Shown here one piece after another: positions 23,701 to 33,896 of a stretch of DNA of 64,000 nt. The stretch comes from an uncultured Spirochaetota bacterium. GTDB lineage: Bacteria > Spirochaetota > UBA4802 > UBA5550. The stretch is from positions 256,001 to 320,000 of the forward strand of contig CAWHAA010000007.1 in the NCBI GenBank assembly GCA_963827275.1. The letters run 5' to 3'. Both the position numbers and the translations under genes were made by a program. Every line of letters starts with the position of its first letter. Positions within the stretch are counted from its first letter, which is position 1. The notes beneath the pieces were generated by a model that saw nothing but the letters and a program-made list of their open reading frames with translations, did not search any database and was not told the DNA's origin.

Positions 23701-26700
23701 GGCGCAGCGGTATTAAGATTGGAGGCCGCATCCTGTGCGACGCCGGCGGCGATGTCCACGGTAACGGTGCCGTAGGCTGCCGGCATGATTTCAGCAGTGT
23801 AGTTGGCGCCGGAGCCCATGAGGTTGGACACGCTGCCGTTTGTGACGGTTATGCTTCCCGCATTGAAGCCGGTCACGTCTTCGCTGAAGGTGATAGTTAT
23901 CGGTATGGGCGAGGTGCCGGTGGAGGCGCCCGGTCCGGTGATAGCAACGGTCGGGGCAGTGCCGTCGAGAACAATGCCGGCCGGCAGGTTCGTCGGGATA
24001 CCAAAGTCAGTCATGATGTTCCCGGCCTCGTCTACAATCTGTCCGCCGCCGGATGTGGCGATGCTGACAGCCTGAAGATTGGATGAATCGTAGCCTGGTT
24101 GAACAGTGTATCCCATGCCAATGAAATTAGTTGGCCCCCATGAAGCATTGAAATTCATCACGACGTTGGTAGGCGCGGTGTTCAATGTTACGTCCATCGA
24201 CCCGCTTGCCAATCTGATAGTTTCATTAAACTGCACCTGGATAGTGATGGTCTCGCCCAGAGAGTATACGTTGTCCGCCGGCCATTTTTCCACATGGTCG
24301 ATGGTTGGCGCGGTGTTGTCGATGGTGACGCCTCCGGGAGCGGTGTCGGAGTCAAGATTGCCCGCCAGGTCGGCAACGTTTATGTTGTAGCCGACGACCT
24401 CGTTAGATCCGGACGCGACCGCGTATGTCGCCTCCCAGGTCATGCCGGTCCCGCCGCCGGTCGGATCGGTTATCGTCGCGGGATATGTCCCTATAAAAAC
24501 AGTCGGCAACGCGACCGCTTCGTCGGTGGTGAACTGCACTGTTATCGTATGGCCGTCCCGTGCGTATGTGCTGTTGATGGGGTTGCTGGACAGAAATGTC
24601 CCCGGCGTAATGTTCGGCGCTGTCGCGTCCACGGTGAAAAAGACGCTCGGACCAGCGCCGAGATCGGTGTTGCCCGCCGTGTCGGACGATGTGCCGGGGT
24701 CGATGGAGAGGCGGACCGTCCCGGTTCCCGTGCAGTTTGAAAGGGTCACCGTCGGCGCCATGGAGGCGCCGTTGGTGACGTTGAAATTACCGCAGTTTGC
24801 GCCGCCCGTGGTGCTGAGGCTGAGGTTAAGAATGGTCAGGTTTACCGTGTCTGCGCCGGAGTAGTTGACGACAAAGTCAACGCTGCCGGAGCCGTTGATC
24901 AGGGTCTGCGACGGCGTGCCGATGGAGACTTCGGGCACTGTCCGGTCAAAGGTTATGCTCGTTGAGTCCGTTGTGGCGGTCACGTTCGGCGCGGGGGTGC
25001 CCAGTAAGCTCTGGATATTTGATATTTCAAACGGGATCACGCCATCGGTATCGCCACCTGCCATTGTGTAGGTCGCCTGCCAGTTTGTGCCAAAGCCGGT
25101 CACGGAAACGCCGTCCAGCTCATCGTGCCCCGCGATCGATACGCTCGGGGCCTGTATTGCGATGTCTGATACGATTGTAAGGGTCACGATGCTCCCCGGT
25201 ATCGCGTACAGGGGGTTGCCATTGCTGGATGAGATTGATACTGTGGTCAGCTGCGGCGGCACTGTCCCGTGCAGGTAGGTAACTTCGTCGCCGTACGCGG
25301 TCCCCGCGCCATTGATGGCGTATGCCCTGACGTGATAGGTGGTCCCGGCAAGAAGAGTTGTCATGGTCGAGGTAAAGGCGCCGGTTCCGCCCGGTCCATC
25401 AGTGGTGCAGCTGTCGCCTGTCGTGGGGCTGCCGGTTAAGTTCCAGCACACGCCGCGCTGCGTGATGGCGCCGCCGCCTGTGTCCGTGATAGTGCCGCCG
25501 GTGTCAGCCTGGGTGAGTGTGCTGTACACCGGAAGGGTCGTGGTCAGCGTCACCAATTGCGGATTGACGGTGATGTTGATGTCAAAGCTCTGTGAACCGC
25601 CGGAGTTGCCGGCGGTAACGGTGTAAACGGTCGCGACCTGTTCCGCCGCAGGCACGCCGGTGATCTCTCCCGTGGAAGGATTCAGGGTCATACCGGTTGG
25701 GAGGGGCGGCATGACGGAAAATGCAAGCGGATAGGCATAGGTCGTCGGGTCAAGTGTCGGCATTATGTTAATGCCGATACCAACTACCAGGTTCTGCGGC
25801 GAGGCATAGGAAAGCCCTGCCAGCGGCGGATAATTCGTTGTAAAGGTCACTTCGGCGCCGTAGGAGGTGCCGCCCGCGTTGGTTGAGTACGCGCGGACAT
25901 AATACATGGTATTGGGCGTGAGGCCGGCGATGCTGCTCGCGTAGGTGCCGGTAGTGTTGCCGTCGGAGGTACGGCTGTCCGCGATAGTCGGATTGCCTGC
26001 CGTGTTCCAGCATGTCCCCCGTTCGGTTATGGCCGCGCCGCCTCCGTCGGTGATGGTGCCGCCCGATGTCGCGGTCGTGTCAGTGACGGAAGAAGGCGCC
26101 GCGGTGGAAACCTCCGCAAGGGTGGTGAACATGATCTGGTTGCCGTACGCGGTGCCGCTCGCGTTGGTGGCGTAGGCGCGCACATAATAGAGCGTGTTGG
26201 AGGTGAGCCCAGTGATATTGCTGGTGAATATACCGGTGCCGCTTCCGTCAGAGGTCAGGTTGTCGGAGATTGTCGGCGAGCCTGACGTGTTCCAGCAGAC
26301 GCCGCGGGCGGTAACGGCCGTACCCCCGGCCGATGTTATATTTCCACCGGACGTGGCGGAAGTGTCGGTTATTGACACGGCCGCTGTCGTGGAGAGCGTG
26401 GGGAGCGTCGCGTCGTTATAGGTGACGCCGGTGCTGGCCGCGGCGCCGCTGTTGCCGGCCATGTCGGCCCCGGAGAACTGCACTGAATATATGGTCCCGC
26501 TGTTCAGCGTTATAGTGCCGAGGGTGAGATTGTGCACGCCGGTGGTCAGCTCAGTGCCGGAGAGCGCGTACGTATGGACTGCTGGGGCCCCCGCCGGGTC
26601 GTCGTTGCCGCCGGTTTCCGTCCAGGTAATCGAGCCGGAAGCGCAGGCCTCGGACAGTCTATAGGCAACGTTGTAGTCGCTTGTAACCGAGTTGGACGCG

Positions 26701-27758
26701 GGTGATATGCCCGAGAAGCCGGGCGCGGTCCTGTCAAAGACTATCCCCGGCGTTCCGGTGATGTCCGCCGCTGCGTTTCCCGCCAGGTCCCGCAGGTTGG
26801 ATATCGCATAGCTTATCTGGCCTTCCGCATCCGAGTCCAGCATGACGCGCGTGGTGTTCCAGTCGGTTGTGGGGCCCGTCACGGTGGACGCGCTTCCTGA
26901 CACGGTGACCGTCGGCGTCTGGATCGTCTCGTTCGTCTGGAAATTGATGATGATGGTGTCGCCCGTTCTCGCGTATGTGGGGATCGCGTTGGTGCTGGTT
27001 ATCAATTGCATGGTCACGGAGGGCGCGGTCATGTCGAAGGTGACCGAACTCCCATCGTCCACCGTGGTTTCGTTCGCCGCGGTGTTCCCGGCGAGGTCCT
27101 GTATGCCTGAAATCTCGAAGGTGACCTGGACTTCGGGATCGGTATTGGTCATGACATATGACGCGGCCCAGTTCACCGGCCCGCCGGATATGGTAGCTGT
27201 GTGCCCGTTGATGGTCGCCGCTGGCATCAGCAGCTCCTCGCCCGCGGTAAAGCTGACGGTGACCCTGCTGCCGACACGCGCGTAGTCGGGATTGGTATTG
27301 TTGGAGTGTATTGAGGCCGTTATCGGGTTCACGGCACTGTCGTAAATCACGGTTGATGGCGGGATGTAGCCGGTAGGCTCGCTGTCCGGCTTCAATGCAG
27401 CGCCGTCGGCAACACCGATGGTGATCTGCCCGTCGGCGGTCGGGGTTATGGTGATCGTGTACGTGGTGCCGTCGGCGCCGACCGGCGTTATGGATGTCAC
27501 GGTGGCGCTGCCGGTGCCGCCGATAATGATGTCGCTAATATCAAAGCCGGTGACCGGTTCGCCGAATGTGATGGTAAAGGTGATGGTCGGGTCATTTGTC
27601 GGCCCGGTAACGCTGGAGGTGATAACCGCGTCGTACGCGTTGAATAGCGTGATGAAACTTAAGAGATTATCTTTAGACTTATTGTCATAAATGCCGCCCC
27701 GCATACAGGAAGTGGAGGCCAAAACGAGCAGAAACAGCGACATTATTATTTTTTTCAT
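14754..27758 (-). CDS. Giant repetitive surface lipoprotein/adhesin (~4,334 aa): Ig-like, FN3-like and putative-Ig domains, 21 tandem Ig units, 4 choice-of-anchor-D-like domains, C-terminal 7-blade propeller; two compensating frameshifts
   Basis: Three ORFs join into one. Comparison with sister repeats shows an extra G at ~21537 and a missing base at ~20081. Span 13,005 nt = 4,335 codons. Lipoprotein signal MKKIIMSLFLLVLASTSC. Confidence 0.85.
17240..18665 (-). repeat. Five ~288-bp (96-aa) type-A Ig repeats
   Basis: TVAPTVAITGPGASTGTSPIPITITFSEDVTGF.. x5; boundaries approximate. Confidence 0.9.
19340..21560 (-). repeat. Seven type-A 288-bp Ig repeats plus the A half of a hybrid unit
   Basis: Same 96-aa unit, near-identical with scattered substitutions; boundaries approximate. 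Confidence 0.9.
21561..22967 (-). repeat. Type-B 291-bp (97-aa) Ig repeats: 4 full units and 2 half units, apparently identical
   Basis: GTGATCGTC recurs at 21571, 21862, 22153, 22444 and 22735 (period 291). Confidence 0.92.
22968..23965 (-). repeat. Three type-A Ig repeats plus the A half of a hybrid unit
   Basis: Same 96-aa unit; boundaries approximate. Confidence 0.88.
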
Positions 27759-27838
27759 AAAAATAATCCTTAAATATAAATGAGATGAATATGAAAAATA
27801 AAATAATAAAATGCCGCAGTCAAATAATAATATAATAA

Positions 27839-27867
27839 AAGTTACATAATTTTATTCCTTTTGTCAA
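27839..27867 (-). promoter_or_regulatory. Candidate sigma70 promoter of the giant lipoprotein gene
   Basis: Minus-strand TTGACA-17 nt-TAACTT in a very AT-rich intergenic region. Confidence 0.5.
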
Positions 27868-27943
27868 AGTAAAAAATAGCCTGAACAGGTTATTTTTAGA
27901 AATTAATAATGTATACAATATTTAAATAATGTACAAAATATAT

Positions 27944-28486
27944 TTATTTAATCACAAACGTCCTGAGGACCATTATACCCTTATCGTTCTTGTACTCATA
28001 GTTCTTCTTGGTGTTTTTATCTTCCAGGCGTACATTAACGAAATTATCGCTGATCTTTGATGATACCAGGGTAAGGTTTTTTTTCTTTATGCTGAACCTG
28101 TCTTCAATCATTTTTTTGATCGACTCAATGTTGTGCTGATAGGCGCTTTCATTTCTTATGATGCTCTTTGCGTATTTCGGCGCAATCAGGTTCAGGATGA
28201 TATCGCTTTCAATTTTAAATGCCATGTCCTGATCGCCGTCCGACATCTCGACCGTGAAGGACTGTGTCTCCGATGCCGCGCCTTCGAGCTCCTGCGAGAG
28301 GGAATAGCGGATTTCAATGCTGTAATGGTCGCCATGATTCTGCTGGAGCCATGTATGCAGGGCGTCCTTTATCTCCTTGATCTCCCTGTCGGAGAACTTG
28401 AACCCGAGCTGGAACCGGATCTCCTGGACCAGTTCCGATCTGATTTTAAGAAAAATTCGCTTGTAGATGGTAATTGAGAAAACCAT
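27944..28486 (-). CDS. Hypothetical protein, 180 aa
   Basis: ORF preceded by GGAGG; co-directional with the upstream gene. Confidence 0.7.
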   Translation of the reverse strand: MVFSITIYKRIFLKIRSELVQEIRFQLGFKFSDREIKEIKDALHTWLQQNHGDHYSIEIRYSLSQELEGAASETQSFTVEMSDGDQDMAFKIESDIILNLIAPKYAKSIIRNESAYQHNIESIKKMIEDRFSIKKKNLTLVSSKISDNFVNVRLEDKNTKKNYEYKNDKGIMVLRTFVIK

Positions 28487-28539
28487 GGTTCTTCAAACCT
28501 CCATTGTGCTGTTGGTATGCCGCGATCGCGGCGGCCGCG

Positions 28540-29400
28540 TCAAAGCTTCTCCCACCGGTCTGTGTTATACATCATTTTTATCTGCAGAAGCACGTGGTCG
28601 GCATTGTCGGGGCTCAGCGGGGGCGATACCATCATCCGGACATAGGGGTCGTGCCGCTTTACCTGGATGAGGGCCTCCTTGTCCCTGGTGGTCACGGTAT
28701 CGCCGATGACAATCAGCTTTGCGTTGGTCTTGATATATTCCTCCAGCAGCCTGTCGGGCGAGTTGACGCGGTGGATATCGGTGTTGGGGATGAAATCGGG
28801 AGAGACCTCGAACTTTTTGTCGTACCGGTGCGCGAGCATCATGCCGAGGAGGTCCATCTTCCGGCGGTACCCTGATTCGTCCACGAATTCTTCTGATTTT
28901 ATTGTGCCACAGACGATGATGCCGATTTCTGAATCACGGAGAAAAAACTTCTCCTGGCCGTCTATGTAGATCCTGTTTGCCTTCCATTTCTGCGCATCAA
29001 GCTTCTCGTCGTGCCGGAACACGATTTCCTTCATCGCGGTCTTGCGGTCGCTCCGGTACACGTCCCCGACGACGTAGAGGAAGCGCTTGCGCCTCGACTG
29101 CGCGTTTGCCAGGTCCAGCTCTTCAAGGATGCGGTTCATGGCCCCGTAGTCGACCCAGCGGACCGGCCGTCGGTAATCGCCCGGGAACTCCCTGGTAAGG
29201 TATTCATACAGGGTAACGTTGTACCGTATCTCGATCTCCTTGACGCCGGACTTGATCAGGTGGTTTACATCGAGGAGCAGCACCTCGCTCCCGGCCTTGA
29301 ACTTTTTGCCCTCTATGGCGACATCCGAGTAATAGACGCAGCTGAATTCATCAATGTATTTGTTGATGAGGTAGAGAAGTTTTTTTGTTTCAATTTTCAT
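28540..29400 (-). CDS. Hypothetical protein; C-terminus weakly receiver-like
   Basis: Host-like codon use; start MKIETKK chosen over 29424. Confidence 0.65.
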   Translation of the reverse strand: MKIETKKLLYLINKYIDEFSCVYYSDVAIEGKKFKAGSEVLLLDVNHLIKSGVKEIEIRYNVTLYEYLTREFPGDYRRPVRWVDYGAMNRILEELDLANAQSRRKRFLYVVGDVYRSDRKTAMKEIVFRHDEKLDAQKWKANRIYIDGQEKFFLRDSEIGIIVCGTIKSEEFVDESGYRRKMDLLGMMLAHRYDKKFEVSPDFIPNTDIHRVNSPDRLLEEYIKTNAKLIVIGDTVTTRDKEALIQVKRHDPYVRMMVSPPLSPDNADHVLLQIKMMYNTDRWEKL

Positions 29401-29529
29401 CGCATACCGGGCATGCGGCCGCATTCAGGCCCGCCGGGGAAGTATGCAATCCGGGGGGGATAAAATCAAATCATTTTTCGGTTACGGACCAAATAGGGGG
29501 TTGGATATAATTAATTGAAAAGACAGGGT

Positions 29530-29558
29530 GCGCCGGCAGGTGAGGTCCCTGCCGGTGC
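29530..29558 (-). terminator. Candidate terminator hairpin after the propeller lipoprotein gene
   Basis: GCGCCGGCAGG..CCTGCCGGTGC immediately past the stop at 29563. Confidence 0.5.
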
Positions 29559-29562
29559 CGAG

Positions 29563-31236
29563 TTATTTGACGAAGTATTCCCAGAGCTCCGCGCCGTTTG
29601 TCGGGTCGGTTCCCTGGAAATAGAGCACATCCCGCACGCCGTTGTTGAATACTTTCGGATACCCCGGCAAGATTGGTTCCGCGGACGTGACCGGCCGAGG
29701 ATTGGGGAACCAGGGATCGCCCGGCGATACGGGCATGGCGTCATCGTAGACCCATAACCGGTGGCCGCCGCCGTCGATTGCGCTGAAGTAGAGCTTATTG
29801 TCATACACTACAAATTCACCAGGGCCCGATCCGGACGTCCCTGGGTTGATATCCGCGATCATCTGGGGAGGGACCATCGGCGTCCTGTCGTCGTACATCC
29901 AGAGCTCGGCGCCGCTGGCGGCGTCGGTTCCCGCGAAATACAGCCGGTTGTTATAGACTGCCATGTTGAGGGGGTTCAGGTGCGGATACACCGTGTCATG
30001 AACGGGTTCGGCTTGCAGTGTTGGTGATGCTGAATTAAAAGAATAGAGCTGTCTGCCATACGTCGTATAATGGTCTTTGTCCGCTGAAAAGAACAGCTTG
30101 CCGTTGTACACTATAAGGCCCTGCGGTTGGGGGTTCGGTGATGTCGAATGAGGGTTAATTATCTGTGCGAGATAGAGAGGCTCGTCGTACACAAAGATAT
30201 TCCGCATGGACCCGTTATCGGTCGCAGTAAAATAGAGCCTGTTGTTGTACACCGTCAATTCCATCGGCATAGATTCGTTTGGATAATCCCCGGTCCCGTA
30301 ACCGGCGTATAGATCATAGGAAAGGGTAGCTGATGTTCCGGTTGTCGAATACAGCTCTGAACCGGTGCCGGTGAATTGTGTGGAATTGCTCGCCTGGAAA
30401 AACAGCTTGTTGTTGAATATGGCGAAATACGACGGATTTGAGCTGACGCTGCCGGGCATGATATCCTGCACCAGTGAGGCGAACCCCGTCGCATCGCAGC
30501 TGAGAAGTTCGTACCCCTGGGCGCCATACTCCGCGCCGAAATAGAGCTGATTGTTGTATACTCTCATCCCCGTAAAGGAGGAAGTGTTATAACCGCCGCC
30601 GATCAATGTGGGAGACGGGTTCGTTCCGTCATACGCGAATATCCTGAAAATGGAGCCGTCGTATGCGTTGTAATGCAGCCTGTTGTTGTATATTGTCAGA
30701 TATCCGGGATTTGATGAACCGGTGGTGTTCAGGTCATATACCATCCGCGCGACCATGTCGGGGATTCTCAGGGCCGCTGGACGCGGTTGTTCTACCGGCG
30801 TCATTAAAATGGGGTCATAATAACATGAATAGACCAGCAGGTGGGTCGCACCGACCGGTATGTCTCCACCGACGTACATCGAGCTCACGGTCATCATGTT
30901 AGGGCTCTGGGTAATAATGGTATCACTGAGCTTGGTTGATGTGCCGGTCCCCCAGTAGACGCGAAACTCGTATACGTCGGGATCGGCGGGAGGCAGTACT
31001 ATCAGGTTCCCGGCGATCACATTTTCGTCTCTCGCCATGTCGATATAGCTCAGGCCCTGCGGCTGGTACGTGGCAGTGCCGAAGCCGAAAAAGGCCGCCA
31101 CGAGCGAGAACAGGGAGCCGTTCTTAATCTGATTCTGCGCGGTGTGGTATATATCATCGCACGCGGGGAGCGCGGCGGCGATGAAGGCAAGCATCAGTAT
31201 ATTGATTATCGCTCTGTTGATTGTGCTTTTATTCAT
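29563..31236 (-). CDS. Surface lipoprotein with ELWxxDGT-like beta-propeller repeats
   Basis: Lipobox ALPAC; repeats of VYNNxLYFxA..GxEL(W/Y)..DIxPG..SxP. Confidence 0.8.
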   Translation of the reverse strand: MNKSTINRAIINILMLAFIAAALPACDDIYHTAQNQIKNGSLFSLVAAFFGFGTATYQPQGLSYIDMARDENVIAGNLIVLPPADPDVYEFRVYWGTGTSTKLSDTIITQSPNMMTVSSMYVGGDIPVGATHLLVYSCYYDPILMTPVEQPRPAALRIPDMVARMVYDLNTTGSSNPGYLTIYNNRLHYNAYDGSIFRIFAYDGTNPSPTLIGGGYNTSSFTGMRVYNNQLYFGAEYGAQGYELLSCDATGFASLVQDIMPGSVSSNPSYFAIFNNKLFFQASNSTQFTGTGSELYSTTGTSATLSYDLYAGYGTGDYPNESMPMELTVYNNRLYFTATDNGSMRNIFVYDEPLYLAQIINPHSTSPNPQPQGLIVYNGKLFFSADKDHYTTYGRQLYSFNSASPTLQAEPVHDTVYPHLNPLNMAVYNNRLYFAGTDAASGAELWMYDDRTPMVPPQMIADINPGTSGSGPGEFVVYDNKLYFSAIDGGGHRLWVYDDAMPVSPGDPWFPNPRPVTSAEPILPGYPKVFNNGVRDVLYFQGTDPTNGAELWEYFVK

Positions 31237-31280
31237 GATCGGAATCCTCCGTAACGTGTGATAGCGCTGCAGGCCGGCTG

Positions 31281-32552
31281 TCAGAACCGGAACGTGACGT
31301 CCGCTGACAGGGCCACCATGTGCAGGAGCCCGCTCTTTTCAAAGATGATGCCGTACTGCGCGTTGATGCCGATCCCCACAAGGCCGGTCGGGAGAAACAG
31401 GAACTGTACGCCCGCCATGCCGATCGGGTTGAACGCGGTTACCGACTTTTTCGTTTTCAGCGGGACCCCGATCAGCAGCGCCGTGACGGGATTGGCGAAC
31501 GAGTAGCTCATGGCGCTGTAGGAGTATCCCGCGTCCAGCGCCGGCGCGAGCCGGAACCATGGCGCCAGGCTGATCTCGTAGCTGAACCTGAGGGTGATCG
31601 GCGCGATGATGTGGTTTGTCGTGCCGCCCTTGGGGAACAGGTACCATGCGCCGGCGTGGAGCCCCATCTTGAACCCGCTCCCTCCCACGTGGAGCCAGTC
31701 GATCCCGACGAGGCCGCCGGCCCCGATATCCGCGCTGTCGTTAAAGTCGAGGATCGGCACGATGACCGAAGGCCGCACCGATATGCCCACGTTCGCCGTG
31801 TCGGCGCCGGCCGGGGCGGGGGCCTTCTTTAGCAGCTCGCGCTCTTTCTCCGCGGCCTTTTCTTTCTGCGCTTTTTCCTTTTCGGAGGGCTCCGCTTCTT
31901 TCTCGCCGGTCTTCAGTGTTTTTGCCGTCACCTCGTTGCTGGGGGTTGATTCATAATTATCGTTATCCACGACCCGCACGATAAATGCATACAGCGTATC
32001 AGGTTCGAGGTCCCCGACGGTCGTGGTAGTCCGCCAGGTCTCGTCAATCGCCTTGTATTCCGGGTCTTTCTTTTTTTTCGCGTACACGATGAACTTCTTG
32101 AAGGAGCCGAGCGGCTTTGACCAGGTGAGCTCCACTCCCCTCGACGTGGGACGCGCCGTCAGCTCGCTGGGGCGCTTCTTTGCCGTGTAGGTCACGCGTT
32201 CTTTTGATATGACCTGCTCGCCGGTGTCATTCAGCTTTTTCCGTATCGTGTAGTCTTCCCTGGTCTCGTTGACGATGAAGCCCTCGAATTCATCGCCGTT
32301 GGTGAGCCGTATCACCAGCTTGGTCTTGTATTCGTCGGAATAGAGCATGCGGAGGATTTCCCTCCGGGCGAAGGTCTTTCTCGATCCGTCTCCGAGCACA
32401 AGGGTGATGATGGCGTCGTTTTCAATGGCGATCTTGCCGTCGAAGATCCTGCCGTCTTTCAGAAAAATATGCTCCGCTTCTGCGCCGGCCGCGGTCAGCA
32501 GTAAAAGGGCGCTCACGAGCGGAATGATTACCGCGTGTACACTGTTTTTCAT
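31281..32552 (-). CDS. Outer-membrane protein: two small N-terminal beta domains, FN3, charged linker, C-terminal beta-barrel
   Basis: Signal peptide; LTW..LEPDTLYAFIVR..ESTPSNEV (FN3); amphipathic strands ending DVTFRF. Confidence 0.72.
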   Translation of the reverse strand: MKNSVHAVIIPLVSALLLLTAAGAEAEHIFLKDGRIFDGKIAIENDAIITLVLGDGSRKTFARREILRMLYSDEYKTKLVIRLTNGDEFEGFIVNETREDYTIRKKLNDTGEQVISKERVTYTAKKRPSELTARPTSRGVELTWSKPLGSFKKFIVYAKKKKDPEYKAIDETWRTTTTVGDLEPDTLYAFIVRVVDNDNYESTPSNEVTAKTLKTGEKEAEPSEKEKAQKEKAAEKERELLKKAPAPAGADTANVGISVRPSVIVPILDFNDSADIGAGGLVGIDWLHVGGSGFKMGLHAGAWYLFPKGGTTNHIIAPITLRFSYEISLAPWFRLAPALDAGYSYSAMSYSFANPVTALLIGVPLKTKKSVTAFNPIGMAGVQFLFLPTGLVGIGINAQYGIIFEKSGLLHMVALSADVTFRF

Positions 32553-32573
32553 AGGGCCTCGTATGTTGCCGGG

Positions 32574-33560
32574 TTATTTCAGGATCCTGGATCCCTTGAT
32601 CTCGTTTTCAGGTATTGAAACCGTCCCGCCCGGTGTAAGTATGGTGTACCGGGCGCCGCGGGAGATGACGGCCCCCTGGATCACCCGTCCGTTGTACAAT
32701 GTGATTTCATCGATGCGGTTGAAAACTTCCCGTATCTCATCCATCGAACGTGTTTTTTTCTCCATGAGGGCTTTCAGTTTTTCCTGTTTCGCCTCCGCTG
32801 AAAGCGTGTCTCCCTCTTTCGCATCGGATTCTTTTTCCTTAACGGCGGCGTTTTTAACTTCGGACTCTATGGCCGCGGGGTCCTTTTTATACGCTTCAGG
32901 GACCACCGGAACGGATTCGATCTTCTTGAGCTCGCTCTTTTCGGACTCGGATATCGGGCGCACATTCAGCGCCAGCGGCGCTGCCGTCCCTGCGGAGGCC
33001 GCCTTTATTTCAGCGGTGTTGCCCGCTACCGCGAGAGTTTCTTCCGGTGCGGGTGCCTGCTTCCCGGCGTCATCCGCGCGCGCCGCGCTGACGGCGACCT
33101 TGCCCTCGCTGACGGCGACCAGGGTCGTGCCTTCACGGTAGTTCACGCTGAACTGGGTGCCGCGCACGCCGGCGACCGCGGTCGGTGTCCGTATTGTCGC
33201 GTTGTTGTTGCCGGTGCGGACCAGCTTCGCCAGTACCTGCCCCTGTTCGACAAATATTTCCCGATTGTTATCGGTGACCGCGGTCACCTTGAGTGTCGAT
33301 GTCTCATCCACCCGAACCACGCAGTTTTCGGCGAACTGGATCACGGCGGCTGATTTGTCGCCTGTCATGATCGTGTCCCCGGTGCGGACGGCGTCTTTGA
33401 TCTGCAATTCCACCGGCTGGCCGGCCGCCGGCTGTATTTTTACGGAACCGAGCTTGAAGGTTACAATGCCGGCATTAGAATCCGGCTTTTTTTCCTTGCA
33501 TGCGGTCATAAGAGCAGCACCGATAACTATCGTGAGGATGATGAATATGGTTCGTTTCAT
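32574..33560 (-). CDS. FecR-domain lipoprotein, LipL45-like
   Basis: Lipobox LMTAC; GDTIMTGDKS, IRTPTAVAGVRGTQF, VAVSEGKVAV. Confidence 0.82.
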   Translation of the reverse strand: MKRTIFIILTIVIGAALMTACKEKKPDSNAGIVTFKLGSVKIQPAAGQPVELQIKDAVRTGDTIMTGDKSAAVIQFAENCVVRVDETSTLKVTAVTDNNREIFVEQGQVLAKLVRTGNNNATIRTPTAVAGVRGTQFSVNYREGTTLVAVSEGKVAVSAARADDAGKQAPAPEETLAVAGNTAEIKAASAGTAAPLALNVRPISESEKSELKKIESVPVVPEAYKKDPAAIESEVKNAAVKEKESDAKEGDTLSAEAKQEKLKALMEKKTRSMDEIREVFNRIDEITLYNGRVIQGAVISRGARYTILTPGGTVSIPENEIKGSRILK

Positions 33561-33896
33561 GGGATAGTGACTCCTTGGTTTTGAGATGCACGACTAATAA
33601 TATACAGTATACCGATTAATAATTCAATTAAATTTTTTTAGACTTTCACCTGCCGATTTTATAAAATTGAGAACTATTTGCTTGCAGGAATGGTCTATTG
33701 GCCATCAGATATCTTATTCAGAATACATGAGAAGGGACCATTATTTAATAAATCCGCCAATTTTTTTGTTTGATGTGTCTTTAACGCAACACCAATAATA
33801 TGCCGGTGGTATAGTTGATATATAGCTGATTATATCGTATATTATATAGAAGAATCACTAGAATATAACCCGGCATGTATTATAAAGGGGGCCAGT

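Noticed and set aside
17240..23965. Long regular repeats as a CRISPR array or non-coding satellite
   Set aside because: Periods of 288 and 291 bp are codon multiples, encode Ig domains and have no unique spacers; no cas genes are present.
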